A stretch of 64,000 nt of DNA, from assembly GCA_036677065.1 (NCBI GenBank), contig JAKFBS010000003.1:64001-128000 (forward strand). The letters are read 5' to 3'. A model generated the notes under the pieces. That model saw only the letters and a program-made list of their open reading frames with translations. It was not told the origin of the DNA and ran no database searches. Made by a program: the position numbers and the translations under genes. This stretch comes from Bdellovibrio sp. Its GTDB lineage: Bacteria > Bdellovibrionota > Bdellovibrionia > Bdellovibrionales > Bdellovibrionaceae. Below, piece after piece: positions 47,325 to 57,269 of the stretch. The first letter of the stretch is position 1; every line of letters begins with the position of its first letter.

Positions 47325-49634
47325 TTATAAGCGCTCTAGACGGGCGTACTTGGCTACGAACTTCTTGATCGTGTTATCTTGAAATAACACACTAATCTTT
47401 AAATTCTCGCCTGAACCTTCGGTTTCAAAGATCGACCCAGGGCCGAATGTAGGGTGGCGCACTTTCATGCCCTTGGCGTAACCGCCATTTCTGGCTGCTG
47501 TCGCTGATTGTGTATGTTCGTCATAATCTGGAAAGCTTTGCGTATCATCATAAGAGCCTGATTTGTTTTTGCCATAACTATTGGTTTGGCCGAAACTTCC
47601 ATATTCGTCATTACGTGAACCGTATTTCGAAGCAAAACTATTTACACCAAATGCTGTCACCGCAGAAGTTTTGTTCGTTAATTCTTTTGGAATCTCTTTA
47701 ATGAAGTCAGAAACAGGATTCATTTGTTCTTGGCCCCACACACGGCGAACCTTTGCGTGAGTCATCCAAAGTTTTTTACGGGCACGTGTCATACCTACGT
47801 AAGCTAAACGACGTTCTTCTTCGAGATCGTGATTTTCGACCTCATCAGCTCCGCCACGAATCGATGGAAACAATCCTTGCTCGCAGCCTACGATAAAGAC
47901 GTAAGGGTACTCTAAGCCTTTTGAAATATGAAGAGTCATCATTGTCACGGCATTAACATTTGAATCAACCTGATCTTGGTCTGACGCTAAAGTCATTTCT
48001 TCTAAGTAATTTGATAACGTCGCTTCATTGCCGCGCTCTTTTTCAAATTGCACGATCGCATTTTCTAACTCTTGTAAATTGTTAATACGTGCTTCAGCTT
48101 CAGTCGTATCTTCTTTTTTTAGCATAGCTACATATTCAGTGCGATCGAGTACGATTGTATAGAATTCAGAAAGTTTGAAGCTGTCTTTTTGAGAAATTAA
48201 GCCTTCAGCGATTTCATAAAAGCGGCGTAGTTTGCCGGTTGTGCCTGCATTGAATGTGCGAAGATCTATCGCTTTCTGAATTGCTTCAAAGAAAGAGATT
48301 TTTTCGTTAGCCGAGATCTCATCGATTTGTTCAATCGTCGTTTTACCGATTCCGCGAGCGGGTACATTGATAATACGTTTAACCGCGATATCATCTTTAG
48401 AGTTAATGGCCATTCTTAAATAGGCGATCGCATCTTTAACTTCGGCGCGTTCATAGAAACGAATACCGCCAATTAAGCGGTACTGAATCATCAACGTTCT
48501 GAATTGTTCTTCTAGCACGCGTGATTGTGCATTCGTTCTGTAAAACACGGCAAAGTTATTTAAACTTTCGCCCGCGTTCATTAATTCTTCGATTGATTTA
48601 GCAACATATCTAGCTTCGTCGTACTCATTGCGCTCTTCACGCACCTGGATTAATTCACCAGGCTCATTATTCGTAAATAAGGTTTTGTCCTTACGTTCAG
48701 TGTTGTTTGAGATAACTTTAGTCGCAGCTTTTACTATGTTTGCGCTTGAACGGTAATTTTCTTCTAATTTAACAACTGTCGCATTTGGAAAATCTTTTTC
48801 AAAATCTAAGATGTTGCTGATATCAGCTCCACGCCAAGAATAAATTGACTGATCTTCATCACCCACCACACATAAGTTTTTATGAGCTGAAGCTAATTGC
48901 TGCACCAGTAAGTACTGAATACGATTTGTATCCTGATACTCATCCACCATGATGTAGCGAAACTGATTTTGGTACTCAGTTAATAAATCTGGGTACATAC
49001 GAAAAAGTTCATATGTTTTTAATAATAAATCATCGAAGTCTAAAGCGTTAGCGCGCTTCATTTCTTCTTCATAGCGTGTGTAAACTTCTAATGTTTTTTG
49101 ATCGATCACATTTTTTGAACCATTACGCATGTTCTCGGGCTGAAGACCTAACATTTTTGAATTACTGATGCGGTGTTGGAAGCTCTTTGGTGGAAACATT
49201 TTGTCGTTGATGTTCAGCGCACGCATCACTTTTTTAACTTGCGCTAATTGATCTGAAGAATCGTAAATCGTGAATGGTTTTTTATAGTCTAAAAGCTCAA
49301 TGTGGCGACGTAAAATACGTACACAAAAACTATGAAAAGTACTTACCCATAAATCACGCGTAACGGGCACACCGATCTCGGCAAGTAGGTTGTAAATACG
49401 GTGTTCCATCTCTTGCGCGGCCTTATTGGTGAAGGTCACACACAGGATTTCTTCAGGAGCACAGACACCTGAACCGATTAAATTGGCCATACGATGAGTC
49501 AGTACACGGGTCTTGCCAGAGCCGGCGCCGGCTAAGATCAACAGAGCACCGTCTAAAGTTTCGACAGCTTTCTTTTGAGTAGGGTTCAAATTACGTGTAA
49601 GGTTTTCAACGACAGACATAAGGGGATAATTCAT
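47325..49634 (-). CDS. uvrD: ATP-dependent DNA helicase UvrD/PcrA
   Basis: AGAGSGKT, VDEYQD, GDEDQSIY, KGLEYP, EERRLAYVGMTRA, C-terminal Tudor-like HPTFG. Confidence 0.93.
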   Translation of the reverse strand: MNYPLMSVVENLTRNLNPTQKKAVETLDGALLILAGAGSGKTRVLTHRMANLIGSGVCAPEEILCVTFTNKAAQEMEHRIYNLLAEIGVPVTRDLWVSTFHSFCVRILRRHIELLDYKKPFTIYDSSDQLAQVKKVMRALNINDKMFPPKSFQHRISNSKMLGLQPENMRNGSKNVIDQKTLEVYTRYEEEMKRANALDFDDLLLKTYELFRMYPDLLTEYQNQFRYIMVDEYQDTNRIQYLLVQQLASAHKNLCVVGDEDQSIYSWRGADISNILDFEKDFPNATVVKLEENYRSSANIVKAATKVISNNTERKDKTLFTNNEPGELIQVREERNEYDEARYVAKSIEELMNAGESLNNFAVFYRTNAQSRVLEEQFRTLMIQYRLIGGIRFYERAEVKDAIAYLRMAINSKDDIAVKRIINVPARGIGKTTIEQIDEISANEKISFFEAIQKAIDLRTFNAGTTGKLRRFYEIAEGLISQKDSFKLSEFYTIVLDRTEYVAMLKKEDTTEAEARINNLQELENAIVQFEKERGNEATLSNYLEEMTLASDQDQVDSNVNAVTMMTLHISKGLEYPYVFIVGCEQGLFPSIRGGADEVENHDLEEERRLAYVGMTRARKKLWMTHAKVRRVWGQEQMNPVSDFIKEIPKELTNKTSAVTAFGVNSFASKYGSRNDEYGSFGQTNSYGKNKSGSYDDTQSFPDYDEHTQSATAARNGGYAKGMKVRHPTFGPGSIFETEGSGENLKISVLFQDNTIKKFVAKYARLERL

Positions 49635-49681
49635 ACCCCTATAAGTGGAGAATTTCAGCGAAATACTCTATATTTGACGCA

Positions 49682-50977
49682 ATGAATATCTCTCACATTT
49701 CCATGCTATTTTTAGGCGCACTCTTAGTCGGTTTTACTGGTTGTAAACCGGCTTCCCCCGAGGCTCCGGCTGCGGGAGATATTTCGGTGCAAATTCCGTT
49801 ATCCGAAACCCGTGAAGGTCATACCCAGTACCGCTTAAAAACTGTGACCCTTAAAGATATCTCTACGTTACGTGAAGTGCGCGGCAAGTATGCGCAGTTT
49901 TACCTATCACCGGGGCTTGTTGAAGGCCGCTTAAATGGTGGCTCACCAGTTGCCTATTTTGCAAAAACTAAAGAACAAACCTATATCGCCAAAGATGCCT
50001 TATCCTTACAGATGGCTACGATTTATTACCACATGCAAAGCCTGATCACTTTGGCGCAAGATCTGGGAATTTCGATGAAAGCGCCAATGCAAATTGGCTT
50101 AAACACGCAAATTAAAGGTGATGAATCGATTCAAAATAACAACGCTTTTTTTGATGGCCGCTCTAAAGCGATGTTATTTGTTCCGTATACAGCTAAAGAA
50201 ATGCCGATTTCTGCCAATGCGGGAATTATCGCGCATGAATTTTTTCATTCGATCTTTTACAATAAAGTTTTAGGGCCTGTTAGTCAGAAAAAATTAGCTG
50301 TTTCACAGCGTATTTCTGATAAGACAGTTCATAGTTATGAAGGCTGGGGCGGTAAAACCTCGAAAATTCAATTAATGTTATCGGGCGAAGAATTATTTAA
50401 TGAAACTTACTTGCGCGGAATCAACGAAGGCTTAGCTGATTTTTGGGGTTGGGCTTATACGGATGATCCGGATTTTTTAAAGTGGTCGTTATCAAACCAC
50501 ACTAAAAAACGCAGTTTAAATAAACCAGATAAAGTCAGTTACAAATCTGATCGCGATATTGAAGTGGCTGTCGTGGAAGCGCAAAATATTTCAGATGATC
50601 CATCAATGGCATTATCAAATTTTATTTATGATATCGGCACGCCGTACGCGCGTTTTTTAAAAGAATTAGTGTATGTGAAAATGCAGCAAGAGGGTTTACC
50701 TCTTGTTGAAGCTAAACGCCAAGTCAGTCAATTTGTGATTGGCTTTGTACAAAATCTGGGAAAATCAGCAATCACCCTGAAAAGCAGTGATAAACTTTCA
50801 ACACGAGATTTGTTTTTAGCCGTCGATGCGCGTGATTCTGGTTTGCAATCTAAAGAACAATGTGAATTAATCATTCAGTATTTAAATGCGCCATTAGAAA
50901 AAGCTGATGTGATCGCCGCTAAATACAGCTGTGAAAAAGTTCAAGATTTAGAATCTTATAAAGTGACTGCACCATGA
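49682..50977 (+). CDS. Gluzincin-type metallopeptidase lipoprotein
   Basis: Lipobox FTGC, NNAFF, AHEFFH, GINEGLADF. Confidence 0.8.
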   Translation: MNISHISMLFLGALLVGFTGCKPASPEAPAAGDISVQIPLSETREGHTQYRLKTVTLKDISTLREVRGKYAQFYLSPGLVEGRLNGGSPVAYFAKTKEQTYIAKDALSLQMATIYYHMQSLITLAQDLGISMKAPMQIGLNTQIKGDESIQNNNAFFDGRSKAMLFVPYTAKEMPISANAGIIAHEFFHSIFYNKVLGPVSQKKLAVSQRISDKTVHSYEGWGGKTSKIQLMLSGEELFNETYLRGINEGLADFWGWAYTDDPDFLKWSLSNHTKKRSLNKPDKVSYKSDRDIEVAVVEAQNISDDPSMALSNFIYDIGTPYARFLKELVYVKMQQEGLPLVEAKRQVSQFVIGFVQNLGKSAITLKSSDKLSTRDLFLAVDARDSGLQSKEQCELIIQYLNAPLEKADVIAAKYSCEKVQDLESYKVTAP

Positions 50978-51543
50978 TTTTTCGTTCGTTAGTTTTTGTG
51001 AGTTTAATATTTTCAAGCCTGTTAGCTTCTGCGCAGAATAATGAAGTGCAAATATATGTTCCAGGCATTCAGCTTCGTTATGAAGAGGGTTCTGACCAGC
51101 ATATTGATGTGCGCAGCTACACGCACTACGCGATCAATTACATGTACCAAAGTTTTTTATTAGGTATAGAGCACAACACGACAGATGACAGCACTGGCAG
51201 TGCTTCTTTAGGTGTTAAAACAGAAATCAAAGAGTGGAATGCCTTACTTGGTTATAGCTTAGCTAAACTTGATTTCACAAATCTTACACCGAATACAAAC
51301 ATCGAAATTTTAGGGTTTGTATTAGCCGGCAATACCCAAAGTGAAATCGAAACATCGTTAAACGGGCAGCAACAAACAGACTCTTCAGAATCGCAAAGTG
51401 TGATGGGGATTGGTGGTTTGGCTTTTTTTCGCTTAGATTATTTTATCGCAGGCTTTGACGGTCGCATGATGCAGTCGAATGCTTATCTGCCCAAATCAGT
51501 GTGGGTGAGTACATTTAAACTGGGTGTTAATTTTAATTTCTAG
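50974..51543 (+). CDS. Small outer-membrane beta-barrel protein
   Basis: Signal peptide, beta-strand pattern, C-terminal LGVNFNF. Confidence 0.7.
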   Translation: MIFRSLVFVSLIFSSLLASAQNNEVQIYVPGIQLRYEEGSDQHIDVRSYTHYAINYMYQSFLLGIEHNTTDDSTGSASLGVKTEIKEWNALLGYSLAKLDFTNLTPNTNIEILGFVLAGNTQSEIETSLNGQQQTDSSESQSVMGIGGLAFFRLDYFIAGFDGRMMQSNAYLPKSVWVSTFKLGVNFNF

Positions 51544-51547
51544 TGTG

Positions 51548-52078
51548 CTACTTGTCGTATGATATTTGAAAGCCGGGACAAGTATTCGTATAGCCATCAT
51601 AAGAGTAGCAGATTTTTTCATTACAAACTGCTTGAAGCCATAAAGCCTCGTATTTTGTTGTATGTTGGCCGAGTTTGCCGAAATTGATTTTTTCTGGATA
51701 TGGATGGGGTTTTTTAATGTCGCCACGTAGGCATAGTTTTACCTGCTTAGATTTTTGGTAAATGCTTTTAATGGTCCTTATTTGATTTGTACAATCTATT
51801 TTGTTTTGGTTTAGGGAGTGCATGATAGGTATTACTTCGTCTTCGCTGTCTAAGATGTACATCATATATTGATGGCGCCAGTTGTTTTCAGCTTCTGCGT
51901 TATAAAATATGCACTCTTGCTGAATACGATCAGAAGATATTGTGATGACCTGAAGAGTATCGCCACCAGTAGTTGATGGATAAGAATCAAGAGAAAATTT
52001 TTTTGAATTAAGAAGTGCGCAACTAGTGGATAACCAAAACAACAAGATAAATAGAGTACTATTTCGTAAGTTCGCCAT
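51548..52078 (-). CDS. Hypothetical lipoprotein (candidate immunity protein)
   Basis: Lipobox STSC; overlaps the end of the SLT gene. Confidence 0.7.
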   Translation of the reverse strand: MANLRNSTLFILLFWLSTSCALLNSKKFSLDSYPSTTGGDTLQVITISSDRIQQECIFYNAEAENNWRHQYMMYILDSEDEVIPIMHSLNQNKIDCTNQIRTIKSIYQKSKQVKLCLRGDIKKPHPYPEKINFGKLGQHTTKYEALWLQAVCNEKICYSYDGYTNTCPGFQISYDK

Positions 52079-52742
52079 AAAGTTTCCTATATTTTTTTAA
52101 AGCATTATTTTTAAACTCAGTCTTACTTTTCAAAAGACCTTTGTATTCTAAAATAATATCTTCGTGGGTTGCGGGTCGGCCTAACTTTCTTTCGACCATA
52201 GATTTTTTGTGCGATAGCCAGCGCACAGCTATTGGAATTGCAACATCAGGGTTTTCAAGATCTTTTTGGCTTATATTGTTAAAAATAAAATCTTTTACTT
52301 CGCCGTTTGGATCTTGCACAATTTTAAGCGTTTGCTTGGTTATTTGCGCGATTCCAATGGCTTGAGGAGTTCTTGCATTTATTTTAAAATTTGATTCACT
52401 TCCGATAAGCGCTTTAATCATATTTGGGTCAAGTGCAGGGGTAATATTGAATAACTTATTAAAGTAATTAGTCCATAAGGCAATTTGATTATCGTATAAG
52501 TTACTGTCGGGACTTTCTAAGTTATTTTTAGAAGGTTTTTTAATTCCTTTAAGGCTGTAGCCGTTAGCTATTTTATAGATTTCTTTTTCATCTAAAAATG
52601 TGCCCGGAACTCTGCGTAGATGCTGATCTACAATCGTAATACCATTTGGATTTTTTTCGCTTGGTTTAACATGGCGTGGATGCGTACGAACGGTGGTCGT
52701 TTTTGTTGATGCTTTACGAGATGTAGATTTCTTTTTTGCCAT
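52059..52742 (-). CDS. Lytic transglycosylase (SLT domain) with basic N-terminus
   Basis: LDPNMIKALIGSESNF, AIGIAQI, DLENP; no signal peptide; start 52742 or 52778. Confidence 0.75.
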   Translation of the reverse strand: MAKKKSTSRKASTKTTTVRTHPRHVKPSEKNPNGITIVDQHLRRVPGTFLDEKEIYKIANGYSLKGIKKPSKNNLESPDSNLYDNQIALWTNYFNKLFNITPALDPNMIKALIGSESNFKINARTPQAIGIAQITKQTLKIVQDPNGEVKDFIFNNISQKDLENPDVAIPIAVRWLSHKKSMVERKLGRPATHEDIILEYKGLLKSKTEFKNNALKKYRKLYGELTK

Positions 52743-52830
52743 GAGTGGCAGAATAATAAACTCAATCATGTAGTTCAATATTTAACATGCTGCTAAGGAG
52801 TTTTTCGTTTATATCGCGAAAATCATAAAA

Positions 52831-53253
52831 CTACGCTGCAGCTTTAAATCTTAGTTCGTAAGGATGCTTTGGTAGTTTCACGACAATTTTATCGTAATCA
52901 AATGCTAACTTGGGCACGATCGAACCGCGGCCTGTTTTTTGTTTTTGCAATTTGATAAATCCAATGCGCGCAAGCATGTCGCAGTCTTTTTGAACAGCTC
53001 CTAAACTTCGATCAAGTAGCTTAGCCAATTCATAGATTGATTTTGGCTTTACATTAGAAATCATCAAAAGAATTTCTATTTTTTGTAATGTCATAAATCC
53101 ACGAAATGAGGTCACTGAATCGAATTGAATTAAATTTTTAGGTTGTATATTGGGAACACCCGTTTTGAGAGCAGTTTTAATATCTTTAATTATACGTTGG
53201 CTAAGATCTTCGATGTTAAAAAACTCAATAATCATTTCTTTTTTAGGTTTCAT
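52831..53253 (-). CDS. HTH DNA-binding protein (HVO_A0114-like), putative antitoxin
   Basis: PKSIYELAKLLDRSLGAVQKDCDMLARIGFI, PKLAFDYDKI. Confidence 0.75.
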   Translation of the reverse strand: MKPKKEMIIEFFNIEDLSQRIIKDIKTALKTGVPNIQPKNLIQFDSVTSFRGFMTLQKIEILLMISNVKPKSIYELAKLLDRSLGAVQKDCDMLARIGFIKLQKQKTGRGSIVPKLAFDYDKIVVKLPKHPYELRFKAAA

Positions 53254-53560
53254 CGTTTATTACTTTCTGTACTTCGTTCATGAAAAGTGCAATAGCTTCT
53301 TCGTAAGAGTTAACTTTTAAAGTCACTCGATAATTTTTATCGTAGGGTAATCTCGTATGCATGTGATAGCCAAAAGGTTCATGGTTATCTACAAGCAATA
53401 CAGGAGTATTGAGTTCTGTATTTACAAGTACGCATTTAAGCTTAATGCCTTCAGGAAACTTATCTCGTTTCGGTATTTTTAGCACTTGTATATAGGCATC
53501 AAAGAAGCCATTTTTAAACTCAAATCTTTCGGCCTTAATGACCAGCGCCTTCGTACTCAT
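53243..53560 (-). CDS. DUF6516-like putative toxin
   Basis: FPEGIK, DNH..G.H.H motif; overlaps the downstream HTH gene. Confidence 0.7.
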   Translation of the reverse strand: MSTKALVIKAERFEFKNGFFDAYIQVLKIPKRDKFPEGIKLKCVLVNTELNTPVLLVDNHEPFGYHMHTRLPYDKNYRVTLKVNSYEEAIALFMNEVQKVINDET

Positions 53561-53683
53561 AACCTACCTTAGATGAGGGTATATTGTCAAATTATTCAAT
53601 GACATATTGCTATGCAATCTAATAGGAGTCGCTATAAGCCGTTATAAAGAGGCAGGAGTGTTGTAGGGGCGGATTTCGGACAT

Positions 53684-53719
53684 AAAAAAACCCACACTTC
53701 GTTAAAAGAGTGGGTTTTT
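53684..53719 (-). terminator. Intrinsic terminator after SPOR gene
   Basis: AAAAAAACCCAC...GTGGGTTTTT. Confidence 0.75.
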
Positions 53720-53742
53720 AAAATTTATTTTTTATTAAAATA

Positions 53743-54465
53743 CTATTTAGAAACTTTTTGTACGAAAGCTGAAGTTAAACGATTTTTTTCGACTAACTCT
53801 TTTTTGTATTCTTGCGCTTCGTTAAAATTATTAAACATTCCCACTTGAACGCGGTACATCGTTTTGCCATTTACGTTTGCCGCAACTGCATTTGCTTTAT
53901 AACCACGTGCTAATAATGATTCAGCCATTTTGTTAGCTTCAATTTCAGAAGGGTATGAACCCACTTGCACTGTGTAGTTCTGCATTGTTTTTGCTTTAGG
54001 AGCAATGCTAGCCACTTCACGTTCAGGAAGTTCGCCATCAGCTTCTTGTAGGGTCACTTCTTTGACATCTTTAACTGCTGGCTTAACTGTTTTGACAGTT
54101 TTAGTAGTTACTTGGTTTGCGTTAGCAGTTGTTGCTGCAGCGTGTGCGTCGTTGTGCATGCCTTGAGTTGCAGCTTGTGTTGCTTCGCCGCCGTGCACTT
54201 CTTCACCTTCAGTTGAAAACTCTTCGGCCATTTTAGCTACGTCAGCATCCGTGATTTCGCTTTCTGTTGTTGCTGTAGCCGCTTCAGAATGAGCTACGGC
54301 TTCAACCGCTTGGCGCTCTTCTGTTTTTTTATTCGGCTCAAGTAACGCAAGACGGTGTTGGTTATCAGAATACTTCTTACCTACGAAGGTTCCGATCGAG
54401 AACGAAAATAACGAAATAAAGAAAACTAAGGCTAACTCAATAATGCGATTTGTATTCATTGTCAT
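53743..54465 (-). CDS. SPOR-domain membrane protein (FtsN-like)
   Basis: N-terminal TM; YTVQVGSY, YRVQVGMF, SAFV. Confidence 0.88.
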   Translation of the reverse strand: MTMNTNRIIELALVFFISLFSFSIGTFVGKKYSDNQHRLALLEPNKKTEERQAVEAVAHSEAATATTESEITDADVAKMAEEFSTEGEEVHGGEATQAATQGMHNDAHAAATTANANQVTTKTVKTVKPAVKDVKEVTLQEADGELPEREVASIAPKAKTMQNYTVQVGSYPSEIEANKMAESLLARGYKANAVAANVNGKTMYRVQVGMFNNFNEAQEYKKELVEKNRLTSAFVQKVSK

Positions 54466-54521
54466 AAATTGCTTCCTACCTAATTTGGGTATAGCTTACA
54501 TCTTATCAACAGGCGGAATCT

Positions 54522-55370
54522 ATGGGAAAGTCTAGTTTTGACTCAGTACAATCAAATGAAATTTATACCGAAGCTATGAAGGCCGTTATGGCCGGCAGAG
54601 CGTTGTTATTGGGATATTTTGGTAAAATAAACAACGTTGAAGAAAAAGATAAGTCGGCAGGTCTAGTTAGTGAAGCTGATCGTGAAAGTGAAGCCCTAAT
54701 CAAAGGGATGCTGGCAAAGGCTTATCCCGATTTTGACTTTTTAGGCGAAGAATCAGCCTACCTTGAAGGCAATGATCAGTTCAGCGCATCGGCACGCCCA
54801 CGTTGGATTTTAGATCCTTTAGATGGCACCACAAATTTTGTGCATAAGTTTCCGATCTTTTGTATTTCATTAGCGCTTGAAGTAAATGGTGAAATTGAAA
54901 TCGGTATTGTTGATATGCCGATGTTGAATCAAACTTTTACTTCGATTCGTGGCCAAGGGGCTTGGTGTATTCAGCCTGATGGCACGCGTGAGCGTCTTTC
55001 TGTTTCTCAAACTGTTCAATTTGAACAAGCGTTTATGTCGACCGGTTTTGTGAATGAAAAACGTGAAGTTTTATCTGAGCAACTGCGCATTTTTGAAGAT
55101 GTCGTTTGGAAAGCGCAGGCGATTCGTCGCCCTGGAGCTGCGGCTTATGATTTAGCTTTGATCGCTGCCGGTGTTTTTGATCTTTATTGGGAGAAAAATT
55201 TGAAACCGTGGGATTCTGCTGCGGGGTTGTTGTTAGTGCGTGAAGCGGGTGGAGTTGTTGTCACTTTTGAGGGTGAGAACTACGATCCGTTTAAGAAAAG
55301 CACCATTGCTGGAAACAAGACTATTGTCGAGAAATTCCAGCGCGAGATTCAACCGATCATTCGTAAGTAA
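54522..55370 (+). CDS. suhB: Inositol monophosphatase
   Basis: GEE, WILDPLDGTTNF, WDSAAG. Confidence 0.9.
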   Translation: MGKSSFDSVQSNEIYTEAMKAVMAGRALLLGYFGKINNVEEKDKSAGLVSEADRESEALIKGMLAKAYPDFDFLGEESAYLEGNDQFSASARPRWILDPLDGTTNFVHKFPIFCISLALEVNGEIEIGIVDMPMLNQTFTSIRGQGAWCIQPDGTRERLSVSQTVQFEQAFMSTGFVNEKREVLSEQLRIFEDVVWKAQAIRRPGAAAYDLALIAAGVFDLYWEKNLKPWDSAAGLLLVREAGGVVVTFEGENYDPFKKSTIAGNKTIVEKFQREIQPIIRK

Positions 55371-55388
55371 ATCAGTTGTACAGGGTTA

Positions 55389-56372
55389 TTAATTATTATT
55401 TTGTTCAAACTGAAACTCAGGAAATAAGACTGAGTAATCAAAGTCTTTGAATGTCATTTGCGAAAGAGGCTCATAAAATCCTGGAATGATTAAATCATTT
55501 TCAATTCCTTTATTTTCAAATATCACAGCATTTGCAGGCGTGTACGTTTGTTTCAGGCATACACCATTCCACATTTCAACAGCGCTGCTTCGACCGCCTG
55601 ATGGTGCATTCATCAGATTTAATCGCACAACCGAAAGGTTGGCCTGAGTCAGTCGATCCACTAATGTTTCACCTTTTGTAAACGGACTTGCAATATGAGC
55701 TTTCCCGACAACGAATACGGCATGTTCGCAGCTATTTTCTTTAAAAAGTTTATCGATGGTCTTAGCCATGTGAATTTCTCGTTCAAAATCAGAAGGCGGT
55801 GTGTCTGAGAAATTTTCTGGATGATCGACAGAAAAAATTTTGAAACCAATCGCAAGAGCACTCTTTGTGAATTTACTATAGTATCGGCGGAATTTATCGG
55901 TTTCGGCTTCTCCTGTTTTAGTGTCTAAGAGCTGGATAAACTGATCGCTCGAATAGCTGCTTGGCATCTCTAGAAACAGACATTGTTTTCCTGAAGCCGA
56001 ACGCGAACGAACAATCAATTCCGATATGTTCTCAGGGTTTGAAATCGCGTGAGCATCACCAATAATCACGATTTGTTTGGACTGAATTTTATTCCATGAA
56101 AATTGATTTAAAGTTTGTCCTTGAGTTTTTACCAGTTCAATTTTTACTCTTTGGCGCTCGCAGATGCACGGGCCATCCCAGTTATTGTCTTCGCACGAAG
56201 TTTTCGCAGGTTCAGGTTGCTGATATAGGCTCGCATTGTAGCCTGCATCGCCGCCCCCGAATTGACCGTAAGGATTGTTATTAGGATCGTAGGTTAAATC
56301 GGAATTTGTATTAGCGAACAAAGGCTGCGCCACTAGTAACACAAGTGTAAAAAAAATTGACAGTTTATTCAT
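55389..56372 (-). CDS. Secreted hypothetical protein, possible EreA/ChaN-like fold
   Basis: Signal peptide; IIGDAH, LFLEM, RE..MA, VVGKAH. Confidence 0.65.
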   Translation of the reverse strand: MNKLSIFFTLVLLVAQPLFANTNSDLTYDPNNNPYGQFGGGDAGYNASLYQQPEPAKTSCEDNNWDGPCICERQRVKIELVKTQGQTLNQFSWNKIQSKQIVIIGDAHAISNPENISELIVRSRSASGKQCLFLEMPSSYSSDQFIQLLDTKTGEAETDKFRRYYSKFTKSALAIGFKIFSVDHPENFSDTPPSDFEREIHMAKTIDKLFKENSCEHAVFVVGKAHIASPFTKGETLVDRLTQANLSVVRLNLMNAPSGGRSSAVEMWNGVCLKQTYTPANAVIFENKGIENDLIIPGFYEPLSQMTFKDFDYSVLFPEFQFEQNNN

Positions 56373-56416
56373 TCCAATTGCTCCCTGTGTATTATAAACG
56401 GGCCATAACTGAAGCT

Positions 56417-56432
56417 AGCGAAACAGGTGCCA
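56417..56432 (-). promoter_or_regulatory. Sigma54 promoter candidate for the 55389-56372 gene
   Basis: Minus strand TGGCACCTGTTTCGCT, GG-N10-GC. Confidence 0.65.
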
Positions 56433-56631
56433 GAGCCCTCGCTTTTTAGTTCTTTCAATCTTTCGTCCTGTCAGATTTCTGTCATCTCTTTGTCATAGTT
56501 TTGGTTCTTTTTTGCCGAGACCTAAGTTGGGTTGTCTATATTTAAACGCTCAAATGTTATTATTTTGACGGTGGGATATTCTTACTCGACCAACATCCGT
56601 GGTGTCTTTCTGTCATTCGACAAAGGTCTAT

Positions 56632-56648
56632 TTGGCATTGGCGTTGCT
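56632..56648 (+). promoter_or_regulatory. Sigma54 promoter of the fliL operon
   Basis: TTGGCATTGGCGTTGCT, consensus -24/-12. Confidence 0.8.
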
Positions 56649-56690
56649 TTATTTATGAATTGGTAAAAGAAGTTTTCATGGAGGAAAACA

Positions 56691-57248
56691 GTGGCTGAAG
56701 ATAAAGCACAAAAGACAGATGCAGCACAAGCCGGCGACGCAGCCAAAAAAGCAGGACAAAAGCCTATGGTCTTAATTGGCCTGGTTGTTGTGAATATGCT
56801 CGTAGTTTTAGGGGTAGGTTTTATGGTTTGGAAAGGCCGTAAGATTGAATCTGAAAAGCCATCGATTGATCACGTAGTGGCAGGCGAAGAAAAAACTAAA
56901 CTCAAAGAAGACGCAATTAAAGAAGTTGAAATCGGAAAAGTGATTCCGTTAGAAACATTCGTTGTGAACTTAGCCGGATCTAAAGGCCGTAAAGTTTTAA
57001 AAGTGAATATGGAATTAGAAGTTAAAGGTAACAAAGAAGGTGATGGCAATATCATCGCTGAAATTGATACCCGCAAAGCGCAAATCCGCGATTTCATTAT
57101 TATTATCTTATCAAGCAAGTCGTATGAAGAAGTTTCTACTAAAGATGGTAAAGACTTTTTAAGAAACGAAATTAAAGACAATATTAATACCTTTTTAAGT
57201 AAAGGTAAGATCACAAACGTGTTCTTCACAGAAATTATCTACAACTAA
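56691..57248 (+). CDS. fliL: Flagellar basal body protein FliL
   Basis: Single TM, PLETFVVNLA, IRDFII, VFFTE. Confidence 0.93.
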   Translation: MAEDKAQKTDAAQAGDAAKKAGQKPMVLIGLVVVNMLVVLGVGFMVWKGRKIESEKPSIDHVVAGEEKTKLKEDAIKEVEIGKVIPLETFVVNLAGSKGRKVLKVNMELEVKGNKEGDGNIIAEIDTRKAQIRDFIIIILSSKSYEEVSTKDGKDFLRNEIKDNINTFLSKGKITNVFFTEIIYN

Positions 57249-57269
57249 TAGTAGGAAAAGAGAAACGGT

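Noticed and set aside
51541..53683. IS or prophage origin of the AT-rich islet
   Set aside because: No transposase, integrase or flanking direct repeats found by eye
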